From an uncultured Planctomycetota bacterium (GTDB lineage Bacteria > Planctomycetota > Planctomycetia > Isosphaerales > Isosphaeraceae), in NCBI GenBank assembly GCA_963823665.1, contig CAWGMQ010000005.1, positions 672,001-736,000 on the forward strand: a DNA stretch of 64,000 bases. Reading direction: 5' to 3'. The translations under genes were made by a program, and so were the position numbers. Positions 1 through 10,080 of this stretch are shown in pieces. The number at the start of each line of letters is the position of its first letter. Within the stretch, counting starts at the first letter, position 1. Below the pieces are notes generated by a model. The model saw only the letters and a program-made list of their open reading frames with translations, ran no database searches and was not told the DNA's origin.

Positions 1-828
1 TCCAGCCCACTCGGCTCTGGGACGTCACCTCGGGGCGCGAGCTTCGCCAATTTCAAATGCCCGGCAAGCCTGACGATCAGTTTGTCTCATGCGCGGACCT
101 GTCGCCGACGGCAGAACCCTCGCCACGTCGGCGAACGACGGCGTCATCTTCTGGGACACGGACGACGGGCGTGCAGAGGGCCGGCGTGGCCAGGTCCGCG
201 CTCGCTCCGACTCGCGTCACCACGCTCGTCAAAGCGCTGCGGTTCGCTCCGGACGGTGGGTCCGTGGCCACGATCGGCGGCCACTGGATCCGGATCTGGG
301 ACGTGGCGACGGCCAGGGAAACGCGCCGAATCGTGATGCCGAACTGCGCCACCTTGGCGGCCAGGGGCTCCCCCCAGACCGCCGATCGAGGTCGTCGGTC
401 GTGGTGCCTATCTCGCGTTTTCGCCCGACGGCAAAGTCCTCGCGGCGTCGAGCCAGCAAGACGGCCAGATCTGCCTGCTCGACATGGCGTCGGGCAAGGA
501 GCTCGCCCGTCTCGAAGGACCTGGTGGCCTCGACAAGGCCATGGCCTTCTCGCCCGACGGCAAGATCCTGGCGACGGGAATCGCGACGGGCAAAAAACTC
601 GGACCCGAAGTCTCCATCCGGTTGTGGGAAGTACCCGCGCGGCGGGACATTTGCCGCGTGCCAGCGCATCGTCGCGGGATCAGCGCGCTGGCCTTTTCCC
701 CCGACGGCCGCCGCCTGCTCTCGGCGAGCGCAGACGCCACGGCCCTGGTCTGGGAGGTGGCCAACCTGATCGGACAGAAAACAACGCCGGCCGCCAATCG
801 ACTGGGTGAAGGAGTCAGGAGGGAGTGA
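1..828 (+). CDS. WD40-repeat protein, 3' part (5' end outside window; several frameshifts)
   Basis: WD40 motifs across frames: LWDVTSGRELRQF, ALRFAPDGGSVATIGGHWIRIWDVAT, AFSPDGKILAT..IRLWEV, ALAFSPDGRRLLSASADATALVWEV; stop at 828. Confidence 0.8.
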
Positions 829-968
829 GGCGCAACCGCCTCCGCGGACGGCCGAATTGGCCCCCAGCCGTCTGAATCTCGAGGAAAACGGGGCATGGAT
901 ACGACGGACTGAACATCCCACCGGGCTTGTGACCCGGTTATTGCAAGGAAGATTGGAGCGAAGTCGCA

Positions 969-1676
969 ATGACACGTCGGAAAGCGTTTCGTCCTGCTCT
1001 CGGTGAGGCTCTGGAAGACCGAATCGCCTTGAGTGCCACGGCCGCAGCCGTCGGCCACCATGTCCGCCCAGGCCGCGGCAGTCTCGTCCGCGACGACCAC
1101 CACGCCAACCTCACCATCTTACGACGAGTTGACGACGACGTATGCCAACGGCGATGCCGGCACGATAGTCGGATGTCGGCGAAATCACCGGCACGACAGA
1201 GACCGAGTATCGACTGATCGTGCCGACCGGCAACAACACGAGCACGACCACGGAGTCGATCACTCTCCCCGGCACAGCCGGCGACGAAAAGGTCGTCGAC
1301 GTCTCGACCACGCAGGGGAACACCACAACCCAGAATATCACGACGACCCTGCCCGACGGCACGGTCACCACCAAGACCCAGACCCAGGTTAAACAGGGCA
1401 AGAAGTCCCTCTTCGAGCGCATCCCTCGATACGCCCGGAGTGGGTATTCAGACCACAAAGGGCACGATTATCCACAGCGGTCAGAAGACGATCACGAACG
1501 AGAAGATCACCACCGCCGGCGGCAAGGTCTATCACCTTCACCGGATCGTGACCCGGACCAGTCCGCTCGAATCGAGCGCGACCAGCACGACCACGGGACC
1601 CAATGGGGCCGTCACGAACCAGGTGAAGTCGACCACGACCATCACACCGCTGCCATTGCCTGCGAACGACACTTGA
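969..1676 (+). CDS. Thr-rich extracellular protein with planctomycete LEDR/LEPR-XLL-type N-terminus (at least 3 frameshifts)
   Basis: MTRRKAFRPALGEALEDRIALS start; Thr-rich segments in ORFs 1033, 1220 and 1440 align collinearly with the downstream paralog. Confidence 0.6.
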
Positions 1677-1850
1677 CCAACGTCAGCCGGGGGCGCTCCG
1701 CCACTGGGATTCCGTGATCGGGATTCTTGCGGAGGGAGCGCCCGCCCGGCCGTTTGATCGCACGAAATCGACTCGACCGATCACTCGCTGACGCACTTTG
1801 CGGCCGGCGAAGCGGTTGGTCCGAACTCTCCGTCATTTTCGAGGAAGGGA

Positions 1851-3075
1851 ATGAAGATGATGACCCATATCATGGATCGGACGCAGGGACGCCGGAACAT
1901 CACACTATCCGCGATTTTCGGCCTGATTCTGATGGCGCCGGCCGCGAGCGAGGCCGGAAAGATAGCGAGCTTCGACACCGCGGACGCCCTGCGCGAGGTC
2001 GCGACCGCCAGCTCGTCACCCCTCTCGAACAGTGCCATCGTCGAGATCCTCAATGCCGGCACACCGGTCTCTGAAACCACGACAACGACTTACAGCGACG
2101 GCACCACCCAAACCGCCCTCCTGCTGATCGTTCCCAATACGACCGCCGGCACTGTCACGACCACCAAGGACATCAATCTGGCTGATGGTGAAACGGAGAC
2201 GGTCGTCGACGTGGCGACCGTGTCCGGGAACACGACCAAGAACGTCATCACGACGACCTTGCCCGACGGCTCGGTCCAGACCAAGCACGAGAACCGACGT
2301 CACCAAGGGGGAGACGACGGCAATCAAGGGGACGGTCTCCCTGCCCGGAGGCGGCACACAAACCATCACCGGCGGAACAGTCCAGCGCAGTTCGCAGTCC
2401 GTCACCGCCGAGACGATCACCAATCCCGCCGGCCAGGTTTATCACGATCGTATTGTCATCACGCACACTGGCGCGCTCAGCCAAAGCGAGACGAATATGA
2501 CCATTGGCCCCGACGGCTCGGTCTCGTCCGTGAAGTCCGTCATGACTACGGTGCTGAATCCGAGCGCGGTGGGGCAGAGTGCCGCTCCAACGTACCTCGG
2601 AATCCCCACTCCCGCGGTGCAGGCTCTCAATCTCGAGGCGCAGATGCTGGCGCCGCCGAGCGCGACCACTGATGAGCCAACGGTGCAGCCGGTCGCACTC
2701 CCGGAGCCGAGTACGCTGACTTTCCTGGGTATGGTTCTCCTGGCCGCGGGACTGCGTCGCGGATGGCAGAGGATAGCCTTCATCAACGCCGCCCGCGCTG
2801 AGATTATCAATTATCTGGCGGTGCGTAACGGACAGCATGCCGCCGAACAAACCAGACCGGTAAGCAGCTTGCACCCCGAACAACTCGCCCAGGCGAGAAG
2901 GGAACAGGCTGCCCCCGGTGCGGCCAGTAGGCCGATCCTTCCCACGTCGCCGTGCCCAGCGTCGGAAAGGAGACTAGTATTCCGTCAATCTTCGATTGAC
3001 ACGTTTGGTGGGATGACCGACGAGTGCCGCGCTGGCGCAATCAATCAAGGCGCCCGCCTCCGCCAGGGAGTATGA
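1851..3075 (+). CDS. Thr-rich PEP-CTERM surface protein (frameshift ~2290; true stop may be the off-frame TAG at 2774-2776)
   Basis: Signal peptide-like N-terminus; LPEPSTLTFLGMVLLAAGLRR sorting signal at ~2698-2760. Confidence 0.7.
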
Positions 3076-3096
3076 TAGACGACCGGAGGTGCACCT

Positions 3097-3669
3097 ATGC
3101 GACGCTTCACCATCCTCGAACTTATGGGGCTGGTCCTCGGCTTGGCGGTCGCCATCGCGGCACTGAGAAACGCGGACGACCACTGGGCTGGTGGCCTGCT
3201 GCTGGCCACGGCCCTACTCATCGGCGTGGCTGCGCTCGGCGCCGTCTATCATGCCGGCCGACGGAGTGCCGGACGGCTGGGCTTCGCGGTCTTCGGCGGG
3301 GGATACTTCGCCCTGGCGTTCTTGGGGCTGTCCGAGCCAAACGTGACCAAGCTGCCGACGACACGGTTGCTGCGCTACGTCCATGAGAAGGTCGCGCCCA
3401 CGCCGTTCGTTTACACCGCGATTCTTCACTCCACCGTGCCGACGAGTGGGGCCACGTCAACCGTGAGCAATCCCGTTCACCACCAGGTAGCCTGGGAGTA
3501 CACCACCGTCTCGCCGAACCGTTGGGACTCGATGCTTCCTGGCGCGGCGAACTACGACGCCTTCAGCGTCGTTGGGCACTGCCTGTTCGCCCTGCTGGCC
3601 GGGCTGCTGGGAATCGTCATCGCAACGAGGTACCTGGCAAGGCAAGATTCAGTCCGGTTCGACCAGTAA
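3097..3669 (+). CDS. Planctomycete-type multi-TM hypothetical membrane protein
   Basis: GGAGG RBS; MRRFTILELMGLV start; about 4 hydrophobic segments. Confidence 0.75.
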   Translation: MRRFTILELMGLVLGLAVAIAALRNADDHWAGGLLLATALLIGVAALGAVYHAGRRSAGRLGFAVFGGGYFALAFLGLSEPNVTKLPTTRLLRYVHEKVAPTPFVYTAILHSTVPTSGATSTVSNPVHHQVAWEYTTVSPNRWDSMLPGAANYDAFSVVGHCLFALLAGLLGIVIATRYLARQDSVRFDQ

Positions 3670-3733
3670 CCGAAACAGTATACGTAGTGTTCGCTTCCAT
3701 TCGCGCCGGTACGCCAGGCACCAAAGCGCGTCG

Positions 3734-3843
3734 CGGGAACCCAGACATCCAGTCTCTGGAGTGGGTTCCGGAGGGTTCCGAAGGCAGCCAGGCACACCTG
3801 ACCTGCACCGGTTCGCATCGCACGATTGCTGGGTGTCTTGCGG
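3734..3843. repeat. ~110-bp repeated element, copy 1 (GGGAACCCAGACA...GCTGGGTGTCT)
   Basis: Aligns by eye with 4473-4578; ends partly inverted (ACCCAG/CTGGGT). Confidence 0.65.
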
Positions 3844-3869
3844 CCCTGGAAGGCGTCGGGCTAACGCGC

Positions 3870-3974
3870 GATGGCATGCGGAGGGATAACGCGGATCAGG
3901 GGGCGACTTCTCCACGGCCGTACGAGCACCCGTATTACTGGGCGGCTTACGTGCTGGCTGGTGATCCGGATTGA
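3870..3974 (+). pseudogene. Orphan C-terminal fragment of a CHAT (caspase-like) domain protein
   Basis: PYEHPYYWAAYVLAGDPD* is the typical CHAT C-terminal motif; no upstream CHAT body. Confidence 0.65.
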
Positions 3975-4225
3975 TATGCGACCATCGCTTCAACGTCGAT
4001 GATCGCTTCCGTGAGTCAACTCGCCGATAAACAGTTATGTGGAAGGGTGACCTGCCGGCGTTCAAGTCCTCACGAGGAATCGCGCGATTGGCGACAATTT
4101 GGCAACAATACTGGCCGTGTCATCCCAACGCCACTACAATGCACCAGTGCTATGTTCGTGACGTTTACTCTCTCAAAAACTAGGTCTTCAAACGTCACTC
4201 CAACATGTTCCCAATGCCACGCTCA

Positions 4226-4292
4226 TGGCAGACGCGCCGGACTCAAAATCCGGTCCATGCTAGGGGTGTGGGCTCAAGTCCCACCCTCGGTA
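4226..4292 (+). pseudogene. 5'-truncated tRNA-Leu(CAA) remnant, possible att site
   Basis: TGGCAGACGCG-CCGGA-CTCAAAA-TCCGG, long variable arm, T-arm GTGGG-CTCAAGT-CCCAC, 3' acceptor strand CCTCGGT-A; matching 5' acceptor strand absent; T-loop TTC changed to CTC. Confidence 0.8.
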
Positions 4293-4472
4293 CTTGGTGC
4301 AAAATGCTGAGTGATCGGCTTCGAGTACGCGGCTTGTCCCACTTCGACTGACGCAGGACACTTTTTTCTCGAACGCGACGCGCGATAAAAATCGATGAGT
4401 CCGCATCAGTGACTCGCGACTGGACGAGGTTTCCCATGATCGCCCATGGTCGAGTGCAAAACGGCGTCATTG

Positions 4473-4578
4473 GGGAACCCAGACACCCACGCTCTGCAGT
4501 CGACAGTCGGTCCTCGGGAAAGCCAAACGCATTTGGCTCGCACCGGTTTGCGTCCCGCGATCGCTGGGTGCCTCGCGG
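4473..4578. repeat. ~110-bp repeated element, copy 2
   Basis: GGGAACCCAGACACCCAC...GCACCGGTTTGCGTCCCGCGATCGCTGGGTGCCTCGCGG, homologous to 3734-3843. Confidence 0.65.
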
Positions 4579-4803
4579 ACGACGACGCGCAGCGCACGCG
4601 TTTTGCCACGCACGGTCAGCAACCGGGTGGGCTCGGCTACTTCGCCGGCGTTTTGCACGCGTCGGTTGCTGCGAACCGCTCCATATCGACGACCGTGCTT
4701 CGTCACTTGCCGCGCCGGCGAACGAAACGACGCAGCTTGGCCTCCATTCCAATCGAATTCGGCCTACGCCGCTGCGACCAGCGCTAGCGAGCGAGCCGCT
4801 TAC

Positions 4804-5245
4804 CTACAGAAACGCGGCTTGCGCGGCCGCCTTGCCCAGAAACCAACGCCGTGAGCAACGCGGTGCAGCGCTCACAAGCGAACTCGCTCGACTCCGCTTG
4901 CTTGAACATGCGACCGAAGTCGCGCACCGTGTGCACCCAATTCGATCGATCCACACCAAGCCGGTCCAGGATGGGAGCCAGGTCTTGAGGGATTGCCCTA
5001 CGCATGTCCCGCCTCCCCGGCCCGTCCAATCGAACCGTCACGTTGCAGAGAGAGCTTGCGCCGCGCAGTGCGACTTCAGCGTCGGACCATTGCTCGACTC
5101 TGTCGGGTCGGTTGCGGAGCACGAGATGCAGGTGGTTGCTCATAATGGCATAACCGCACACCTCAATTCCGAAGAGTCCGGCGAGGGCGCGTAGGCGATC
5201 GAGAATCCAGGCCTTACGGTGAGAGTAATCACGACCCGCCGCTGG
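4804..5245 (-). mobile_element. Decayed HUH Y1 (RAYT/IS200-like, long type) transposase with internal deletion
   Basis: GRDYSHRKAWILDRLRALAGLFGIEVCGYAIMSNHLHLVL (HUH) joined to C-terminal LAPILDRLG...FGRMFKQA and frameshifted ...RRWFLGKAAAQAAFL*; N-terminus and middle missing. Confidence 0.8.
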
Positions 5246-5352
5246 GCACGACGCCCACTGTCGCCGCGCTTGCGAAAGCGTGGAGGGGTCGGTAGCATCT
5301 CGGTGGTTTCGTTGATGCTTGAACCGATGGCCGAAGCGACAAGGAGGTTTGC

Positions 5353-7992
5353 ATGCGGGGACTCGAGGTCGTCCCGGTGCTGGCAACGCTGGTGTTTCAA
5401 CAGCCCGCATCAAAATCCGAGGCGCTCAAACCCGTCAAGTTCACGGTTGTCGACCGGGTGACGAAGAAGCCGCTGAACGAATTCTCCTACTCGTTGTCAA
5501 TCACCGTTCCCGGTGAGGTCCATGAGCGGCACGAAGCGAAGGAGCCTGCTCGCGTCGATGTGAAGTCGGCGACAGGAACGTTCGTGGTGCCGGCGCCGGC
5601 TTCGTGCAGACTGGAACTGGATATTGATTCGCGGGACACGGTCGCCGGATATCAACACAACCTTATCAACTCGTTCGCCTTGCAGTCGTCCGATCCGAAG
5701 CGCGAGTTCGTGATCCAGGTTGAGGTGGGGATCACCGTGCGCGGCATCGTTCGCGACTCAGCCGAAAAGAAACCACTTGCCGGCGCGACCGTTGCGCCGA
5801 TCATCGATATGCACCAGGCCCGCGGGCCGAACCTCGAGCGCGCGGTGAAAACGGATGCTGACGGACGCTTTGAAGTGCACGGAGTCAACCCGCAGTGGGG
5901 TGCCGTGGTCAAGCATCCTTCGCATAAGTCGCATTTCATCGCTTGCGGAGGGCCGGAGGTGCTACGCGGCGACCCCCTGCTCATCGATCTCAAGGTGGGG
6001 GAAGCCCAGACAATTCGCGGTATCATCCGGGACGACGATTCCCGTGGAGTTCAGGGTGCCGAGATCTCAGGATGGGGCGTCACGACAACCTCCGGGCCGG
6101 ACGGCCGATTCACGCTGGTTATTCCACCGCCGGATTACACGCACGGAGAGGTTCACTTCAAGAAGGCGGGTTACGCCAGAAAGGGATTCGAAAGCGTTCA
6201 GTTGCCGATGACCGAAGAGCTGGCCGTCCAGATGGTGCCGCTCTTTGACGTCAATGGCACGGTGCTCTCGAGCACGGGCGAGCCGGTGTCGTCGTTCACG
6301 ATGGCCGTTGGGCCCAAGCTGGACTCCGAATACGGCGAGTGCATTGCGCAGCAGGTGCAGGACCCGGCGGGGCAGTTCTCCGTCCTGGCCAAGGAGGCGG
6401 GCTTGAACCGCGTGCTCGTGAAGGCGGACCGGCACGCCGTCTGGAAAGGGACGATCTCGGTTGCGCGGAAGGGCGTGCTCCAGAAGATCAAGCTTCAACC
6501 TGGAGTGACGGTCTCCGGGCGCGTGGCGAGGCCAGCCGGCTCGCGCGCGCCGCTGGCCGCAAGGCTCATTCCAAACCCCGTTCGGGGCATGGAAAACATC
6601 TACGACGAAACCGGGCGCGGGCTCGCGACCTTGAAGTCTCACATCGCCGACGACGGAACGTACGTCTTCGAGCACGTTCGACCCGATGGCTACCAGCTCT
6701 GCGTTGAAGGCGAAGACATCACACCGGTGTACCGGCTGGTCGAGGTTGAACACCGCAGCCTGGATATCGGCGAGCTGCAACCGGCCGGCACCGGGCGCAT
6801 CGTCGGGACGATTCATCTTGCGGGCGGCCTGAATGAGACGGCATGGCCGTTCGCTGCGGTCTTCCTGGAGTCGGCCGGGCGGCGCGTGACCCGGGAGAGC
6901 GTGACGGGTGAGGAGCGTGCGGCGACGGCGGACGAAAACGGCCAGTTCACGCTTGAGCACGTTCCTGAAGGAGTCCACGGCATTCTGGCTCGTGGGGTCA
7001 ACTTAGACAGTTATGCCGCGCCTTTCATGTGGGGGGCGCGGGTGGTTGCAGGAAAGACGACCGAGGTTCACACGTTCGACCGCGGAAAAGACAGGCGGTT
7101 GGAGTTATCGATCGTCGTGGGCAACGGTTCGCGGCGAGACTTTGAGAACGGCAGTGCGGAGCGCAAGCAGGAGCACACGCTGCTTTCGTTCTTGAATCCA
7201 GAGCCGAGCTTCACGCTGGCGCTCATGCCGCGGGTGAACGAGGCCTGCGCATTCTCGATGGAGACCAATCCTGGCAACCGAAGCGATCGAGCAAGGATTC
7301 GCCTGAACGACGTTAGCCCGGGCGCGTACCATCTCAGCCTGACCGATGCGCCGGAATACGTCGGTGCGATCGGGAGCGTTCTCTACGAGCACGAAGTACT
7401 GTTCCGCCCGGGCGCACCACCGGTGGAGATCTCGCTGGGCGCGGCATCGATTGAATGCACGGTCGAGCGCGGATGGCACGGCTCCGTGCTGGCGATCGAG
7501 CAAGGGTCGGAGCTTCCGGCGAGGCTGGTGCATTACTCCGAGGATCGACCTTTTGCGATCCGGTTCGTCCGCCCGGGGACTTATACGCTGATTGCGCACG
7601 ACGAGAAGAACGGCTGGGGCAAGGCCCCGCGATTCCAGGTGGGAAATGGAATTGCCAAGGCCGCTCCGATCAAGCTGGTGGCTGGCGGGTCGGTGCAAGG
7701 GCGGGTCATCGCGCGAGTTGCGTGCCTTGTGCCGGACGCCGTTGTCGCAGTCGATTCCACAGGCATTGAGATAGCGGACAGCAAATTTGGTCAGTCCGAA
7801 CTCATGGAATACCGAATTCCCCACCTATGGCCGGGCGAGTGGACGATCAAGCTGCTGGCGGAAGAGAACGAAGTGGCCAGCACTCGCGTGAAGATCTCCG
7901 GCATCGAGGCTGTCACGTCGGACCTGGTCGTGAGCGAGCCTTCCCCGCATCACCACGATGGTGATCGGCCGGCAATCGGGGGTCGACGGTAA
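5353..7992 (+). CDS. Secreted protein with multiple carboxypeptidase-regulatory-like (beta-sandwich) domains
   Basis: 879 aa; GGAGG RBS; repeated motifs VRGIVRD..PLAGATV, TDADGRF, SGPDGRF, ADENGQF. Confidence 0.8.
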   Translation: MRGLEVVPVLATLVFQQPASKSEALKPVKFTVVDRVTKKPLNEFSYSLSITVPGEVHERHEAKEPARVDVKSATGTFVVPAPASCRLELDIDSRDTVAGYQHNLINSFALQSSDPKREFVIQVEVGITVRGIVRDSAEKKPLAGATVAPIIDMHQARGPNLERAVKTDADGRFEVHGVNPQWGAVVKHPSHKSHFIACGGPEVLRGDPLLIDLKVGEAQTIRGIIRDDDSRGVQGAEISGWGVTTTSGPDGRFTLVIPPPDYTHGEVHFKKAGYARKGFESVQLPMTEELAVQMVPLFDVNGTVLSSTGEPVSSFTMAVGPKLDSEYGECIAQQVQDPAGQFSVLAKEAGLNRVLVKADRHAVWKGTISVARKGVLQKIKLQPGVTVSGRVARPAGSRAPLAARLIPNPVRGMENIYDETGRGLATLKSHIADDGTYVFEHVRPDGYQLCVEGEDITPVYRLVEVEHRSLDIGELQPAGTGRIVGTIHLAGGLNETAWPFAAVFLESAGRRVTRESVTGEERAATADENGQFTLEHVPEGVHGILARGVNLDSYAAPFMWGARVVAGKTTEVHTFDRGKDRRLELSIVVGNGSRRDFENGSAERKQEHTLLSFLNPEPSFTLALMPRVNEACAFSMETNPGNRSDRARIRLNDVSPGAYHLSLTDAPEYVGAIGSVLYEHEVLFRPGAPPVEISLGAASIECTVERGWHGSVLAIEQGSELPARLVHYSEDRPFAIRFVRPGTYTLIAHDEKNGWGKAPRFQVGNGIAKAAPIKLVAGGSVQGRVIARVACLVPDAVVAVDSTGIEIADSKFGQSELMEYRIPHLWPGEWTIKLLAEENEVASTRVKISGIEAVTSDLVVSEPSPHHHDGDRPAIGGRR

Positions 7993-8027
7993 GAAGTCGG
8001 TGGTGGGTGATGCGTGGCGGATGATCC

Positions 8028-8069
8028 TCCTCGGGGTCAGACCTTTCCTCGGGGTCAGACCCTTCCTCG
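8028..8069. repeat. 18-bp tandem repeat containing the REP-like palindrome GGGGTCAGACCC
   Basis: TCCTCGGGGTCAGACCTT x2 plus a partial third unit, between convergent genes. Confidence 0.7.
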
Positions 8070-8205
8070 TCCTCACCGTGGGGTTCTTGATCGACGTTCG
8101 CGAGTTCGCGACAACCCTGGCGAGCCACCTGGGATTGGACGCGCCGCGTGCCACGGTCGAACGAAGGCGACCCCCTGGCCAGTGCGGTCGTCACGACCCA
8201 CGCGC

Positions 8206-9966
8206 TCACTTCGACTTCAACTCAAGCACCGGATCAAAGCTCGCCGGAGCCGTCTTCAGGCACTCGACCGTCCGCCCCAGCAGAGTCAGCCCCGGCAAGT
8301 CATAGCTCCCGCCGGCACCCGTCAGAATCGGAAAAACAGCCTGGGCGGCCTCGCTCCACTCGCCGGCTTCGTAGAGCGCGAGCGCTCGCTCATATGACTC
8401 GCGCCGATCCTGCCATTCGGGAGTTGCCGTCTCGGCGTGAAGCTCGTGCAGCTCGACGTCGCCGTCAATCCCCACAACTCGGGCGCGGCAGAGCCGGCGG
8501 GTGGCGAAGCTGGTTCCCAGCAGCTTGCGCGTCGAGCCGGTCACGAGCAAGCTCACGCCCAGGTGCTTGGTCGCCCCCTCGACACGGCTCGCCAGGTTGA
8601 CGGTATGCCCGAGCGGGCCGTACTTGAACTTCTGGTGGCTGCCCGTGTTTCCCACCAGTGCCGCCCCCGAGTTGATCCCCACGCCCAGGCCGATTGCTCG
8701 GCCGACCCGCCCTTCCCAGCGGCGATTGAGCTCCGGCAAACCGTCTCGCATCTGAAGCGCCGCCCGGCAGGCTCGCACGGCATGGTCCGGTTGCTCGAGC
8801 GGCGCGTTCCACATCGCCAGCAGCCCGTCGCCGATGTAGTCCACGACGACGCCCGATGTCTCCATGATCCGGGCTGTGAGGTGCTGCATCACGTCCCGGA
8901 TCAGCTCGCACGCCAGCCGCGGTGCGATTTTCTCTGAAATCGCCGAAAAACCGCGGATGTCGGCGAACAGAACGGTCACCTCGCGGTCGCGGCCGTCAAG
9001 AAGCGCCGGGTCGTGGTCAAGCGCGGCGGCCAGGTCGGGCGTGAAGAACTGCTCGAACTGAACGCGCCGGCGTGCCGCCTGCGCTTCGCCCTCCTGGCGG
9101 GCGAGCCCGGCCGCCACGGCCGCGGCCATCACCTGGGTCAACTGGGCCTCGATCGGGCGGATTTCCAGCGACCGCCCGGAGCCCCGGCGTGCCCCGTAAA
9201 CGGCGCCGATCACTTCCTGTGAATCGTCGAGAATCGGCGAGGCGACCACGGCCGTCACGCCTAGCAGGCTCATCGCGCTCGCCTGGAACTGGTCGCCTTG
9301 GTAAAACGTGCGGCGCTGGCTGACGACCGTCTTCAAGATCGACCGGCTGAACTGGCTCTTCGCGTCGTCGTGCGGGGGATAGCAGGCCACCGGGTCCCAG
9401 TCATCGTCACGCCGCAAGAGCACCAACCCGCAGTCGAGTCCGATCAGCTCCACAACGGCGCGTGCCGTCTCGGTGAAGTAGTTCGGTGACGACGCCGCGG
9501 CGCGTTGCACGCCGATCAGCGCCTCGAACCAACGCGCCATCTCGTCCGATTCGGGGGCCGGGCTCAACTGCGGCGCCATCGTCCGTTCGACGAGGCCGGG
9601 CCCAAGCGGTGCGCGGATCGTCTTGAGGGCCGCACCATCGACGGACGATTCAGTGGAGTCTTTCGATTCGATCTCGACAAGCGTGTCGCCCATCTGGAGC
9701 CGGGCGGGCAAAGACGCCAGCAACTCGCGCCCGGGGTCGATCAACGTTCCATCCGCCAGCCGAATGGTGACTTTTCCGCTCAAGTTGCGCAAGAGGACCG
9801 TGTCGTCCGCCTGCGGTTCGAGATAAAGCTGATTGGTGGATACGGTCGGGTCTTGAAGCACTCGCCGCGGAACGTCGCGCGTCGGCCCCCGCCCGAGCTC
9901 GAGCGGCCCCCCGCGATGGACGAACCGATCGCGCTCTGTCCGACTACTGAGCAAGATCCAGAGCAT
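8206..9966 (-). CDS. Class III nucleotidyl cyclase with N-terminal FHA-like and GAF domains and C-terminal TPR-like helices
   Basis: FADIRGFS, DYIGDG, GHTVNLASRVE; N-terminal LELGR...DPTVS; GAF-like FSRSILKTV...VASPI. Confidence 0.9.
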   Translation of the reverse strand: MLWILLSSRTERDRFVHRGGPLELGRGPTRDVPRRVLQDPTVSTNQLYLEPQADDTVLLRNLSGKVTIRLADGTLIDPGRELLASLPARLQMGDTLVEIESKDSTESSVDGAALKTIRAPLGPGLVERTMAPQLSPAPESDEMARWFEALIGVQRAAASSPNYFTETARAVVELIGLDCGLVLLRRDDDWDPVACYPPHDDAKSQFSRSILKTVVSQRRTFYQGDQFQASAMSLLGVTAVVASPILDDSQEVIGAVYGARRGSGRSLEIRPIEAQLTQVMAAAVAAGLARQEGEAQAARRRVQFEQFFTPDLAAALDHDPALLDGRDREVTVLFADIRGFSAISEKIAPRLACELIRDVMQHLTARIMETSGVVVDYIGDGLLAMWNAPLEQPDHAVRACRAALQMRDGLPELNRRWEGRVGRAIGLGVGINSGAALVGNTGSHQKFKYGPLGHTVNLASRVEGATKHLGVSLLVTGSTRKLLGTSFATRRLCRARVVGIDGDVELHELHAETATPEWQDRRESYERALALYEAGEWSEAAQAVFPILTGAGGSYDLPGLTLLGRTVECLKTAPASFDPVLELKSK

Positions 9967-10061
9967 CAAAACCCAACCTGCTGGGCCATGCCGCGCCACT
10001 TTCCATTTGCACAATCGTCACCCGGCCCGAATTCCCTTTCACCGCGCCGGACCGTCTACAA

Positions 10062-10070
10062 ATTGTACCA
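10062..10070 (-). promoter_or_regulatory. Putative extended -10 promoter (TGgTACAAT) for the cyclase gene
   Basis: AT-rich intergenic spacer about 100 nt upstream of the cyclase start. Confidence 0.35.
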
Positions 10071-10080
10071 CAAACACGGA

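Noticed and set aside
4226..4292. Functional tRNA-Leu
   Set aside because: 5' acceptor strand and first D-stem strand are missing and the T-loop is mutated
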